Source: Bacteroides sp. (GTDB lineage: Bacteria > Bacteroidota > Bacteroidia > Bacteroidales > Bacteroidaceae). Taken from it: DNA of 64,000 nucleotides. Numbering within the stretch: the stretch's first letter is position 1; every line of letters begins with the position of its first letter. The stretch lies in contig SUXW01000016.1 in assembly GCA_015060765.1 (NCBI GenBank), forward strand, positions 420-64,419, in the 5' to 3' direction. Shown here in pieces: positions 19,736 to 30,104 of the stretch. Below the pieces are notes generated by a model, which saw nothing but the letters and a program-made list of their open reading frames with translations, was not told the DNA's origin and did no database searches. The position numbers and the translations under genes are program-made.

Positions 19736-22190
19736 ATTTCTTTGCAAAGAATTTGAATTTCATCAGATAACGGAATAAAGCCGGTTGCAACGTATAAGTA
19801 ATCAAAATGGTGGCACTCATTCCAATCAAAGTGCTAAGACCAATGGAATGGATAGCCGGATGAGTTGCAAAGAGCAAGGAACCCACCACTGTCATAAGCA
19901 CAAAAGCAGAGAAGAATATGGCCGTTTTGTGATAGGTCAACAAATTTTCATCTTCTCCTTTTACTTTAGCGATCAATCCACTCATCACAAAAATACTGTA
20001 ATCCACGCCAATTCCGAAAATGAAAGTAGCGATTATGATGTTTATCAAATTAAATTGCAAACCAAAGATTCCCATGACGCCTTGCACTACATACCAGCTA
20101 AGTCCCATAGGGATAAAGGCCAATATTGCACAAGAAACACTTCGAAAAGAAAAAAGCAGTACCAAGAACACGAAAATACTGGAAATGCCTAAAATGGTAT
20201 TGAAATCATCGTGCAACAGTTGAATCATATCGTTGGTATAATAATAAGGATCGATAACAACCGCTTGTTGACAAGATGCTACAGCATCATTCACCTTCAT
20301 TTTCTGTTCTTTTTCCAGTAAGACAGACGTGAAAACCATGTACTTGCCATCAGTTTCTTCAATGAAATTGGATACCAAACTTTCGGGCAGGATCTCTGCT
20401 TCATATAAAGATTCCTCCTCATAATCTGACTCCAGCATCAGATAGAAAGGTTCGAACATGAGAGGTTCCAGTTGGTTCTTCCGAGCAGATCGGGTTATTT
20501 TCTGCTTTACATCGGCAATCCGCTCTTCCGTCCAATAATTTTTCCATAATGCAATACGTTCTTCCTGTGTATCTGTTGGAACGAACAAACTAGACACTTT
20601 AGAATATTGATGAATAATCTTTTCTTGCTGCAAAGAGTCGAGCACCTGTAATATAGCATTATTATTTTTTAGAGCTTCATCCAAATCGGTCGATGCCGCT
20701 GCATAATACTGAGAAGTGAAACCTTGATTGTTCTTTTCTGCATACAGTTCATTAGAACGAAGCACCTTCGGTTCATCATATCCTATGTTACGCAAATTAC
20801 TGTCAAAAGTCACCCAACTCGATGTAAAGAAACAAACGATACATACCACTTCTATAGTGATACGCAAAATACGTTTTCGGTCAAGCGGATAGGAGTTGAT
20901 GGCATTCAATACACGAAAGGCCTTTTCTGAACGCCGGTCGGTAGCCAATCTAAAGAAATGAGGCAGGAATATCAAAGCAAACAAAGTAGTACCCACCATG
21001 GCAAATGAGGCAAAGATTCCGAAATCTTTCAGCAACTCACTTTCTGTAAACAACAATCCCAAGAAAGCCCCGATGGTAGTCAGACAACCCAGACAAACGG
21101 GAGTAGCCTGATCCTTCAGTAACTGAATGGGGTCATTGACATATTTGGAATGAGTCAGCACATGCAGACAATAGCTCAAGGCCACCCCCAATACGATGGC
21201 ACCTATCCCCATGGCCATAAGCGACATCCCACCTTTTATCCAAAAGACACAAGACAAAGCAAAGAAACTACCATAAACTACCGGAGCCAACAACAGAAGA
21301 AGGGTAGATTTAGTCTTGAAACATAGTCCTATAACCAAACAGATTATGACCAATGAGAGACCTATAGTCAACAATAAGTCCTTTTTAATTTGTCGAGCAT
21401 TAAATACTCCCTGTACCGGTGCACCATGAAACAATACTTCGACTTCGGGATGTAAAGTAGTAAAAGATTCGATTTCATCTTCCAACAAACCTACCAACAT
21501 AGCACCGCTTTGAGAATCCATCGAACTGAAATTAGGGGCAATGAAAGCAAGAGCTACCGTTGAATCCGGGACAAACAAATGACCGTCAATCAATGTATAT
21601 CCACCTACATTGTTCCCCATCGATTCCCCTTTAGGTAATAAAGCCTTACGGAGAGCCAAAGGATCTTGACTCACCATTTCTGTCAGATTACCCTCTTCAT
21701 CATTCATCACCAACGAATAGTTTTCCTTCATCTGCTCATCGATGGCCTCTTGAGTCAGAAGTGAATCAAAACGAGCATAACACGAAGCATCTACAAACGA
21801 GGGCACATGCGTTAATGCATAATCCAGTCCGTTCATTATCAAATCGTCATCTATACAATAAAGGATGTTTGATATTGAATGGACTGCACTATCCCTCTTC
21901 AACAGATTTTCCACAAATTCATCGCAACATACGGCTAAAGCTTCCGGATCCAAGACATGTTCCTTACCGGTAAATTGCAAAAAGACTTTATCTTTTACCC
22001 GTAAATTACCGAAAGCCAATCCACTCTCGGTCGCTGCTTCTGTTTGCGGAAGTAACTTGGCAATATTTTCTTCATATTGTACCTTCAAACCGAAATATAC
22101 GAATATCAGCGAACTTATGACCAACAATCCGTACATCCAAGTCCTCTTCCTTTCAAAGAAACGATAAATAACGATGAAAAAACGATCCAT
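19722..22190 (-). CDS. MMPL/RND family lipid exporter
   Basis: Two repeats of periplasmic domain plus TM bundle; GIGVDYSIF motif. Confidence 0.85.
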   Translation of the reverse strand: MDRFFIVIYRFFERKRTWMYGLLVISSLIFVYFGLKVQYEENIAKLLPQTEAATESGLAFGNLRVKDKVFLQFTGKEHVLDPEALAVCCDEFVENLLKRDSAVHSISNILYCIDDDLIMNGLDYALTHVPSFVDASCYARFDSLLTQEAIDEQMKENYSLVMNDEEGNLTEMVSQDPLALRKALLPKGESMGNNVGGYTLIDGHLFVPDSTVALAFIAPNFSSMDSQSGAMLVGLLEDEIESFTTLHPEVEVLFHGAPVQGVFNARQIKKDLLLTIGLSLVIICLVIGLCFKTKSTLLLLLAPVVYGSFFALSCVFWIKGGMSLMAMGIGAIVLGVALSYCLHVLTHSKYVNDPIQLLKDQATPVCLGCLTTIGAFLGLLFTESELLKDFGIFASFAMVGTTLFALIFLPHFFRLATDRRSEKAFRVLNAINSYPLDRKRILRITIEVVCIVCFFTSSWVTFDSNLRNIGYDEPKVLRSNELYAEKNNQGFTSQYYAAASTDLDEALKNNNAILQVLDSLQQEKIIHQYSKVSSLFVPTDTQEERIALWKNYWTEERIADVKQKITRSARKNQLEPLMFEPFYLMLESDYEEESLYEAEILPESLVSNFIEETDGKYMVFTSVLLEKEQKMKVNDAVASCQQAVVIDPYYYTNDMIQLLHDDFNTILGISSIFVFLVLLFSFRSVSCAILAFIPMGLSWYVVQGVMGIFGLQFNLINIIIATFIFGIGVDYSIFVMSGLIAKVKGEDENLLTYHKTAIFFSAFVLMTVVGSLLFATHPAIHSIGLSTLIGMSATILITYTLQPALFRYLMKFKFFAKKYEKK

Positions 22191-22200
22191 TTATTTTGTT

Positions 22201-22581
22201 TTATAGAGTTTGAACTATGAGTTCCGCTTTCATATCCAGATAAACTTCTTCTTCTTTACCCAAAGTAGCTCTCAGTTTATAAGTATCCCCTTTTTCTTCT
22301 AAACAAACAATCACCTCCACCTGCGGATGCTTCAATGGAGTGACCAAAGTTGTCAACCGACATTGTTGCAGATTGTTCAGCAACAATTGTTTTCCAGCCA
22401 CTTGTTCTGCACATTCCTTTATCATCTGGATATTGCACACACCAGGTGAAACCGGCTGTCCGGGGAAATGTCCCTGATAGATGGTACTGTCTGCACAAAG
22501 CGAAATATCGAAACGGGCCGTACCATTGTCCCCTTTCGATACATCATTAATTATATAGTAATCCTTTATCAACATAATCAT
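22201..22581 (-). CDS. FabZ/FabA-like hydroxyacyl-ACP dehydratase
   Basis: IYQGHFPGQPVSPGVC hotdog-fold motif; ATGA overlap with the upstream thioesterase. Confidence 0.85.
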   Translation of the reverse strand: MIMLIKDYYIINDVSKGDNGTARFDISLCADSTIYQGHFPGQPVSPGVCNIQMIKECAEQVAGKQLLLNNLQQCRLTTLVTPLKHPQVEVIVCLEEKGDTYKLRATLGKEEEVYLDMKAELIVQTL

Positions 22582-22994
22582 TCCAATGAATATCTTTTCT
22601 TCCATTCGGTCAAAAACGACGGACAGGAAGGTTCGAATTCGCCTTCGTGAGTAGTAAACAACTGAGTCGACTCTGCCGTAAATACCAAGGCATTGTCTTT
22701 TTCCTTGCGTATCTCATAATCGAACACCAATTTCGCCCCTTTGGCAGGTCGGCAAGTAATGGTCACCAGCAAGATGTCGTCGACCGTTGCAGTCTGATGA
22801 TAACGCATCTTGATGTCGAACATTGGAGCCAAATAACCGCAGTCATAGATATACATGTACTCCAGTCCATATTTCCGCCCAAAGGCTTCACGTGCATCCT
22901 CCATGTAAGTGATATAATGTCCATGCCATACCATCTTGATGGAATCGACTTCAGAAAAACGTACCTGTACGCGAATGGTCTCACTCAACCCCAT
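22578..22994 (-). CDS. Acyl-CoA/ACP thioesterase (4HBT/YbgC-like)
   Basis: VRFSEVDSIKMVWHGHYITYMEDARE. Confidence 0.88.
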   Translation of the reverse strand: MGLSETIRVQVRFSEVDSIKMVWHGHYITYMEDAREAFGRKYGLEYMYIYDCGYLAPMFDIKMRYHQTATVDDILLVTITCRPAKGAKLVFDYEIRKEKDNALVFTAESTQLFTTHEGEFEPSCPSFLTEWKKRYSLE

Positions 22995-22995
22995 A

Positions 22996-23430
22996 TCAGT
23001 CCTCCTTGATAAATATCTTCATTTGGCAGGTAGCCAGCAATTCATATTCAGAAATGGTTTCGGCAGCAATCAACGTTACACCTGCCGCTTCGCCCAGGAC
23101 CTTCAGACGAGTGTGTAAGAATTCTCCAATCTTCGGCAGACGAGTAATTTTGAACTTCTTTACCTCACCGATAAAGCCTAATTTGGGAGTTTCTCCTTTT
23201 GTATAAGGGAGATAACCGGCAAAAGCAGCAGCCGATTGCGCTACATGCTCTATCAGTCCTGGTTCAGAAAGCACATCCCCTTGACAGAAGATATTCCCAC
23301 TTTGCACATGAAGTCCCGTTTCAGCACCTCCTTCATCGGCACAGAAAAAGGTATCCACCATAACAATGGGATTCCGTTGGGGAATGAGTTTATAAACCTC
23401 TTCCCCCTCAAGCAACGGTATCCTATTCAT
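22996..23430 (-). CDS. Second hotdog-fold dehydratase (hydroxymyristoyl-ACP dehydratase-like)
   Basis: LIPQRNPIVMVD...GLIEHVAQSAAA...GFIGEVK. Confidence 0.82.
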   Translation of the reverse strand: MNRIPLLEGEEVYKLIPQRNPIVMVDTFFCADEGGAETGLHVQSGNIFCQGDVLSEPGLIEHVAQSAAAFAGYLPYTKGETPKLGFIGEVKKFKITRLPKIGEFLHTRLKVLGEAAGVTLIAAETISEYELLATCQMKIFIKED

Positions 23431-23675
23431 TATGCATTGGTTCTTTCAGCCACAAAATCATAAAGAGCCTGGAAAGTTTGTACCTGTACCATTTCTGCTC
23501 CCTTGATTTTCACGCCAAATTCCGATTCGATCAATGCTACCATATCAACCAGGCTCAAGCTATCGAGTTGCAACGTTTCCTTGATATTTGCATCTGGAGT
23601 GATATCTGTCACTTCAATTTCGAACTCTTCGGCCAATGTCTCATTAATCTTTACAATCAATTCATTCTTTTCCAT
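23430..23675 (-). CDS. Acyl carrier protein
   Basis: Acidic 81-aa protein with LDSL phosphopantetheinylation site. Confidence 0.93.
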   Translation of the reverse strand: MEKNELIVKINETLAEEFEIEVTDITPDANIKETLQLDSLSLVDMVALIESEFGVKIKGAEMVQVQTFQALYDFVAERTNA

Positions 23676-23707
23676 TTTGTTAGTCTTAATTATTTAGCTT
23701 ATTAATA

Positions 23708-24931
23708 TTATTTCAAATTACGTACAATCAACGTTGAATTGGTTCCACCAAAACCAAAAGAATTAGACAGGAACGTATCAAAATGCTTTTCAATGCGTTG
23801 TGAAGGAATCCACAATTTGGCTGAATCCTCATCAGGATTCTCGAAATTGAGATTGGCTGCAATAAAATCATTCTTCATCATCAACATAGAATAAATGATT
23901 TCACTGGCACCTGCCATCCACATTTCATGACCAGTCTGACTCTTGGTACTGGTCACTTCGATACGACGATCACCAATTACCCTATAAATAGCTTTTGCTT
24001 CGTTGGTATCACCCACATGAGTGGATGTAGCGTGAGCATTGATATAACCAATTTCATCAACACCGATACCGGCTCTACGGATAGCCATTTCCAAAGACTT
24101 GGCAGGACCATCCACATTAGGGGAAGATATATGATCACCGTTAGAAGAGAAACCATACCCCAAGATTTCCGCCAAAATAGGAGCACCACGACGCACGGCA
24201 CTTTCGTAGCTTTCTATGACAACCGTTGCTGCACCTCCACCTGGGACCAATCCATCGCGGTCACGATCGAATGGACGACTGGCTCTGGTCGGTTCATCTT
24301 CACGGACAGAGAATGCCGAGATACCATCAAATGAACCGACACTCCATGGATTCACTTCCTGAGCACCACCGCAAACCACCATTTCCTGCAATCCATTTTG
24401 AATGAGCAAAGCCCCAAGTCCGATGGCATGAGAGCCACTGGCACAAGCACCCGATACAGTCAAATTGATACCTTTCAGTTTGAATATGCATCCCAAATTC
24501 ATGGTTACAGTAGAATTCATACTTTGAAAAATAGCTCCTGACCCACAAAGAGTAGTATCCTTTTTCTCACGCATGGTATCAACCGCTTTTACCACCGGTA
24601 CCGTCGAGCTATCATTACCATACAACAAACCAACATCGTGACTATTTAAATAATCCTGATCAATACCAGCGTTACGAAGAGCATCTACTGTAGCACAATA
24701 TGCATATTTGGCCTGTTCAGGCATATATACACGCTGGGAGCGACTCAATAGTTTTTTCAAATCGGGTTCATCGAGTTTGGCAGTCAAAGCTGAACGAAAT
24801 CCCATTTCTTTACGTTCAGGATCGAATACGATACCCGATACCCCATTATAAAGAGAATCGCGCACTTCATCTAATGTCTTTCCAAGGCAGGAATAAATTC
24901 CCATACCTGTTATCACAACTCTATTCATCAT
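23708..24931 (-). CDS. Beta-ketoacyl-ACP synthase (FabB/FabF-like KS)
   Basis: GACASG catalytic Cys, HATST and TGHE histidines, SNSFGFGGTN. Confidence 0.93.
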   Translation of the reverse strand: MMNRVVITGMGIYSCLGKTLDEVRDSLYNGVSGIVFDPERKEMGFRSALTAKLDEPDLKKLLSRSQRVYMPEQAKYAYCATVDALRNAGIDQDYLNSHDVGLLYGNDSSTVPVVKAVDTMREKKDTTLCGSGAIFQSMNSTVTMNLGCIFKLKGINLTVSGACASGSHAIGLGALLIQNGLQEMVVCGGAQEVNPWSVGSFDGISAFSVREDEPTRASRPFDRDRDGLVPGGGAATVVIESYESAVRRGAPILAEILGYGFSSNGDHISSPNVDGPAKSLEMAIRRAGIGVDEIGYINAHATSTHVGDTNEAKAIYRVIGDRRIEVTSTKSQTGHEMWMAGASEIIYSMLMMKNDFIAANLNFENPDEDSAKLWIPSQRIEKHFDTFLSNSFGFGGTNSTLIVRNLK

Positions 24932-24943
24932 ATTTGTTTTCGA

Positions 24944-26293
24944 TTATTTCTTTAATATATAGTCCAATCTTTTATATAAATCTGCTCTCATCCGTTTCAG
25001 TCTGTTCACTGAATCCGACTTCAGCAAACAACGCAAAGAACGTACTGCTTTTTTAATCCAACAAGCATATTCCCAACAGAAAAGAATCAATAAAGGGAAC
25101 AAAGCCACATAAACCAAGGCTACTATCCAACCTACTTGAAATCCTACGACCAACAAGGTCAGGAGACTGAATAATGGAATAGTGAACAACACTGCCGATC
25201 CATAAAGCAAAGTACCTTCAAACATAGGATCTTTCATTTTTGCCTTGAAAATACTCATTGGGATGAAATAGATTGGCAAACTGGGCCACCAGGAAAGAAT
25301 CCACAACGGAAGCAAGAGTAACATTACCAACCATTGCAAACCCACCAATAATGGATTCGGAGATTTTCTTAATTGGGTATCGGTTATCCCCATTTCTTCC
25401 AATCCTTGCCTGAGCAAACGGGCATCAGAATAAATTTCATCCATTTGACTTTGATTGGCCACTCTAGCTGCATCCAAACGAGCAACCAGTTCCTTATCGG
25501 ACAACAATCGGTTGGGTAAATCTTCCGGATGTATTCCTTGACTACGAGCATATTCTTCGCCATAAGTCAGGCGGATAAAGTCGATGGCAGAATAGTTGTC
25601 CAAATCACGGATATCGAGCATCAAACCTGATATTTGCTCTCGTACCAATTTGTTCACTTCGCGTTGTGCCGTACGTGGCTTGGACTTATATAATTCGTAA
25701 TAAGGCTGCAAGGATATCGGTGTACCGAACTTAACTAAAAAACGATTCTGCAATCCAAAATAGTTAGAATAATGGTTGCATGCGGGCAAAATAATAACAT
25801 CCTTTTTGAATTCAGCCATTTCGGCCGCTTCGAAAGCCATTTTGGTATAGCCAAATGAAAAAGTGCCCAACCATCGTTTGTCTTGATGTCCTGCTTCGGG
25901 AAACATCATCACTGTCTTACCGTCTATCAACGCCTGTTCGGACACACGGAAAGTAGCTTCATTCTTATCCAAAGCACCCATTCCTTCGTAATCAAGACGA
26001 AAAGCCGGAAGGAGACCTATGGAACGTAGGAACTTGTCGGCTATGGGAGACACCGCAAACACATCGGCCCGAGTAATGAAGTTAGGTTTGCGATCACGAA
26101 ATGCGAACAGAATGCCAAGCGGGTCATTCAAACAATTCTGGTGATTGGAAACTATTAGTAATGGGGTTCCATCAGGCGGAATTACTCCCCCATTCACACA
26201 ATAGGTTTTCTTATAATATATCTTATCATGAACGAAACGCAAATACATTTTAAGCAAGCGGTATAAGCGTCCCGGTTTCTCTATCTTCTCCAT
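24944..26293 (-). CDS. PlsC-like glycerolipid acyltransferase with C-terminal membrane domain
   Basis: SNHQNCLND, FITRADVF, MFPEAGH motifs; TAATTTTG promoter box at 26321-26328 supports the MEKIEK start. Confidence 0.82.
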   Translation of the reverse strand: MEKIEKPGRLYRLLKMYLRFVHDKIYYKKTYCVNGGVIPPDGTPLLIVSNHQNCLNDPLGILFAFRDRKPNFITRADVFAVSPIADKFLRSIGLLPAFRLDYEGMGALDKNEATFRVSEQALIDGKTVMMFPEAGHQDKRWLGTFSFGYTKMAFEAAEMAEFKKDVIILPACNHYSNYFGLQNRFLVKFGTPISLQPYYELYKSKPRTAQREVNKLVREQISGLMLDIRDLDNYSAIDFIRLTYGEEYARSQGIHPEDLPNRLLSDKELVARLDAARVANQSQMDEIYSDARLLRQGLEEMGITDTQLRKSPNPLLVGLQWLVMLLLLPLWILSWWPSLPIYFIPMSIFKAKMKDPMFEGTLLYGSAVLFTIPLFSLLTLLVVGFQVGWIVALVYVALFPLLILFCWEYACWIKKAVRSLRCLLKSDSVNRLKRMRADLYKRLDYILKK

Positions 26294-26437
26294 ATTATAC
26301 ACAAAAATGCGAAATTTGTGCAAAATTAGGATTTTCTTGCCGTTTTTTCAAATAATCCGACCCTTTTCAGCCGATATAGAACATTGAATATGTGATTTTG
26401 GCCGTTTCTCAAAACGGTTCAAAAAAGATTTGCGCAT

Positions 26438-26470
26438 AAAAAAAGTGGATGTGTGAGCACATCCACTTTC
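26438..26470 (-). terminator. fba terminator
   Basis: AAAGTGGATGTG...CACATCCACTTT hairpin with an A-run giving a U-tract on the - strand. Confidence 0.8.
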
Positions 26471-26490
26471 TCTTTATAAAACTTAAGATA

Positions 26491-27492
26491 TTAAGCCAAC
26501 TTATTATCAGAGCCAAGCACGTTGATGATTTTGTGCTTGTACAATTTTTCCATATTATCGCGAGCTGGGCCCAAATACTTACGTGGGTCGAATTCTGCAG
26601 GTTTTTCAGCCAACACCTTACGAACAGCAGCAGTCATAGCCAAACGAGAGTCAGAGTCGATGTTGATTTTACAAACGGCACTCTTGGCAGCTTCACGCAA
26701 CCATTCTTCTGGGATACCGATAGCAGCCTTCAAACCACCACCATATTGGTTGATAGTTTCCACTTCTTCTTGAGGTACTGAAGAAGAACCGTGCAATACG
26801 ATAGGGAATCCAGGAAGTTTTTCTTCTACAGCCTTCAATACATCGAATGCCAATGGAGGAGGCACCATACGACCTGTAGCAGGATCAATTGTACATTGTT
26901 CCGGAGTAAACTTATATGCACCGTGAGAAGTACCGATAGAAATAGCCAAAGAATCACAACCTGTACGAGTAGCGAAATCAATCACTTCTTCAGGATTGGT
27001 ATAAGTATGATGATCAGAAGAAACTTCGTCTTCAACACCTGCCAATACACCCAATTCACCTTCTACAGTCACATCGTATTGGTGAGCATATTCAACCACT
27101 TTCTTAGTCAAAGCAATGTTTTCTTCATAAGGAAGATGAGAACCATCAATCATTACAGAAGAGAAACCAGAATCGATACAGCTCTTGCAAGTTTCAAATG
27201 TATCACCGTGGTCTAAGTGAAGAACAATTTCAGGTTTAGCGCAACCCAATTCCTTTGCATATTCTACTGCACCTTGAGCCATGTAACGCAACAAAGTAGC
27301 GTTAGCATAATTGCGTGCACCCTTAGAAACCTGCAATATAACCGGAGAGTTAGTTTCAACTGCCGCCTTGATAATAGCCTGCATTTGTTCCATGTTATTG
27401 AAATTGAAGGCAGGGATTGCATATCCACCTTTTACGGCTCTGGCAAACATATCCTTGGTGTTCACCAAACCTAATTCTTTGTAACTTACCAT
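26491..27492 (-). CDS. fba: Class II fructose-1,6-bisphosphate aldolase
   Basis: LHLDHG, SSVMIDGS, VEGELG, IGTSHGAYK, LHGSS, KINIDSD. Confidence 0.97.
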   Translation of the reverse strand: MVSYKELGLVNTKDMFARAVKGGYAIPAFNFNNMEQMQAIIKAAVETNSPVILQVSKGARNYANATLLRYMAQGAVEYAKELGCAKPEIVLHLDHGDTFETCKSCIDSGFSSVMIDGSHLPYEENIALTKKVVEYAHQYDVTVEGELGVLAGVEDEVSSDHHTYTNPEEVIDFATRTGCDSLAISIGTSHGAYKFTPEQCTIDPATGRMVPPPLAFDVLKAVEEKLPGFPIVLHGSSSVPQEEVETINQYGGGLKAAIGIPEEWLREAAKSAVCKINIDSDSRLAMTAAVRKVLAEKPAEFDPRKYLGPARDNMEKLYKHKIINVLGSDNKLA

Positions 27493-27758
27493 GATTGTAA
27501 TATTTATAATTGTTAGTAATTAAATTCTGCATGCAAAATTAAACATTAATGTCCGATTAAAGGGAAAAAGCCGATAAAAATATCTTTTAAAAACGGTCTT
27601 TTCACATCTTTTTCTTTTTCTATCATCCTTTCAGACATCTCTTTGTAAAGTAGAGTTTGCAAAAACAAGGGAGTAGAGAATAAGGCAACTTTATTATAAA
27701 AAACAAGTTAAAACAAAAAAAGTTGTCGTTTCTTTTTTCTGTTTCAAAGAAATACCCT

Positions 27759-27766
27759 ATCTTTGC
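27759..27766 (+). promoter_or_regulatory. -7 promoter box for rpmE2
   Basis: TATCTTTG about 70 nt upstream of the ATG. Confidence 0.6.
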
Positions 27767-27837
27767 AGTCCAAAATGTGACCATTACACATTATTGTTAC
27801 CAAATTTAGCAATAATAACAATAAAAAATACACTCAA

Positions 27838-28092
27838 ATGAAAAAAGGAATTCATCCAGAAAATTACCGTCCGGTAGTATTCAAGGACATGTCAAACGGC
27901 GATATGTTCCTGTCTCGTTCTACTTGCAACACTAAGGATACTATCGAATTCGAAGGCGAAACTTATCCATTGGTTAAGTTGGAAATCTCTAACACATCTC
28001 ACCCGTTCTATACAGGTAAGTCTAAGTTGGTGGATACAGCTGGTCGTGTTGACAAGTTCATGAGCCGCTACGGTAACCGCATGAAGAAGTAA
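27838..28092 (+). CDS. rpmE2: 50S ribosomal protein L31 type B
   Basis: [17 protein letters not shown]...SHPFYTGK...DTAGRVDKF. Confidence 0.97.
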   Translation: MKKGIHPENYRPVVFKDMSNGDMFLSRSTCNTKDTIEFEGETYPLVKLEISNTSHPFYTGKSKLVDTAGRVDKFMSRYGNRMKK

Positions 28093-28112
28093 TTGAAACT
28101 CGTTGAGTTCTC

Positions 28113-28152
28113 AAAATAAAGGGTTGTACCAATTGGTGCAGCCCTTTATTTT
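28113..28152. terminator. Bidirectional terminator
   Basis: AAAATAAAGGGTTGTACC...GGTGCAGCCCTTTATTTT. Confidence 0.8.
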
Positions 28153-28787
28153 TGAACAAACCTTCCTTCTTTCCATATATACTTTAAAGGCTCCTTTCGC
28201 AAATAAGGCAAAAGTTTCTCCCGGTCTTCCGAGTTTAGATATTGAGGAGTGGCATATTCAACCAAAAGCGCCGTTTCATCGGGAATCAAAGACAGCTTAT
28301 ACATCTTCACATCCAATTTGTTCAAGAGCATTTTAGATTCATCCGATATAGCCTCGGTCATCTGTATGAACATATCACTTGAAGGATATTGGAAACGTTC
28401 CATTGCCGACAACTCCTTCCAATCGGTAGTATAAAAACGGATCTCACTATCACACGCCGAAGCACAATAAGTTTTCACCATACATATCACCTTGACAGAA
28501 TCATTCAGAGGGAGCAATTTCATTTCCATACTACTTACATCAGTCAACTGCATTTGCAAATAATCATCGGTCATCACCTTCAGTTCCGCTTGTTTGTCGA
28601 AACGGTTCTTCACTTTAGCAGCCATATTGCTTGCCAAGAAATCAACACAATCTTCCCGGTTCACTTTAGTCAATAAAGGTACGATGGAATCGGGCATTTG
28701 GATAAAAACAGCTTTCATATCTTGAGCGCACATCACACCAGCGCTCATCCATATCAAAACAAGAGAAAGTATTTGTTTCATATTCAT
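28146..28787 (-). CDS. DUF3256-like secreted protein
   Basis: Signal peptide; MPDSIVPLLTKVNREDCVDFL, MEMKLLP, DSEIRFYTTDW. Confidence 0.75.
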   Translation of the reverse strand: MNMKQILSLVLIWMSAGVMCAQDMKAVFIQMPDSIVPLLTKVNREDCVDFLASNMAAKVKNRFDKQAELKVMTDDYLQMQLTDVSSMEMKLLPLNDSVKVICMVKTYCASACDSEIRFYTTDWKELSAMERFQYPSSDMFIQMTEAISDESKMLLNKLDVKMYKLSLIPDETALLVEYATPQYLNSEDREKLLPYLRKEPLKYIWKEGRFVQK

Positions 28788-28916
28788 TTCCTATTAGAAT
28801 GTTCAAAGATACATATTTGTTTTAAGGTAACAAAAAAAGAGTGGACGCAGATTCACATCTACCCCCACCCTTCATGTAACTTGAGTTAAACTATAATAAG
28901 ATTAGGATTTTACTTT

Positions 28917-30104
28917 TTAATACCACTTAACAGAAGGATCGTTTACATAGTCAAGGAACTTAGGATACTTGACACTTATACGTTGTCTTTCTGAAGTGAT
29001 TTCATAACTTGGATCTACACAAATCTTCTGTGGTGCTTCTCCTGTAGCTACAGACAATGTATAAGTACTTGTTTCAGGATCATTCACTACAATTTGAATA
29101 TTATCTATATTATTGCAATTGGAAACACGGAACATTACCGGTGCTTTAGCTGCGCCAACGCCTGTATTCACCATTACATCTGTTTCCACACCAAACAGTT
29201 CGTGAACTTCTTTACCAGCAACAGTCAATGGCAATGTACCACCAGCCGCCTGCAAAGTTACGACTGCATCGCCACCATCAATATAGGCATCGAAAACTAC
29301 ATCGTTAAAGTCGAAGTCACCGATTGTACCTAAATCTTCTGCAATGATACGATATGATTGAATGTATTCACATGGAGTCAACTTAACAATCCAGTCATTG
29401 TAATAGCCATCTGCCTCTACTGCAGGATCGTGAGGCGTAGAATAATCAAAGCCCAAGAAGAACATACCATCCAATGAAGCATCAATAATAGAGCCTGGGA
29501 CTATCACAAAATCTCTACAAACAAGGTCGCCATTAGAAATCTTACAAGTATAACTTAAGGTATTACCTCCCTTTACATATAAGATTTTATCATCATATTT
29601 AACTTTAGAATTTTGATCAGAAGGATTGGTAAGTTCACCAGCCCAAACATTAGTTGTACCTTGATCACCAGCATTAAAATTATTCAAATGCGTACCATCA
29701 CCATCACAAATATAATCCATACCCTTACCATATTCAGAACTACTAACTTGTTGTGCGAAATAGTCACACCATTGTACAGGAGTACTTATAGGATTTTTAT
29801 TGCTTTCAAACCATCTTGTAACCAAATTCTTCTGATTTTCAGTCAAAGGAGCAGGAACTTCTACATAACCACCCCACATATTAGCATTTGTATCCATGGA
29901 GCCAGCGCGAGAACCTAAAGAAGAAAATCCCCAAGTATGATTCGGAGCAATATCACCATACATTGCATGGAATGCTTCTGCATACTGGTTAGCCTTCAAT
30001 TTTGCAGCCATAGCTGGATCATACAAATCATCATGGTCATTACCACAAGATGAGAGCATCACTGCAGTCATCATTACAAATCCTAAAATCTTTTTCATTT
30101 TCAT
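28917..30104 (-). CDS. Surface lipoprotein with DUF4842/LruC-like C-terminal domain (short paralog)
   Basis: Lipobox LSSC followed by acidic residues; IIAEDLGTIGDFDFNDVVFD, AAGGTL, APQKICV...SER..I...YPKF..Y. Confidence 0.7.
   Translation of the reverse strand: MKMKKILGFVMMTAVMLSSCGNDHDDLYDPAMAAKLKANQYAEAFHAMYGDIAPNHTWGFSSLGSRAGSMDTNANMWGGYVEVPAPLTENQKNLVTRWFESNKNPISTPVQWCDYFAQQVSSSEYGKGMDYICDGDGTHLNNFNAGDQGTTNVWAGELTNPSDQNSKVKYDDKILYVKGGNTLSYTCKISNGDLVCRDFVIVPGSIIDASLDGMFFLGFDYSTPHDPAVEADGYYNDWIVKLTPCEYIQSYRIIAEDLGTIGDFDFNDVVFDAYIDGGDAVVTLQAAGGTLPLTVAGKEVHELFGVETDVMVNTGVGAAKAPVMFRVSNCNNIDNIQIVVNDPETSTYTLSVATGEAPQKICVDPSYEITSERQRISVKYPKFLDYVNDPSVKWY

Noticed and set aside
27838-28092. Zinc-free L31 type B as a zinc-starvation paralog
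   Set aside because: Type B is the normal L31 form in Bacteroidales; no Zur-like context seen.
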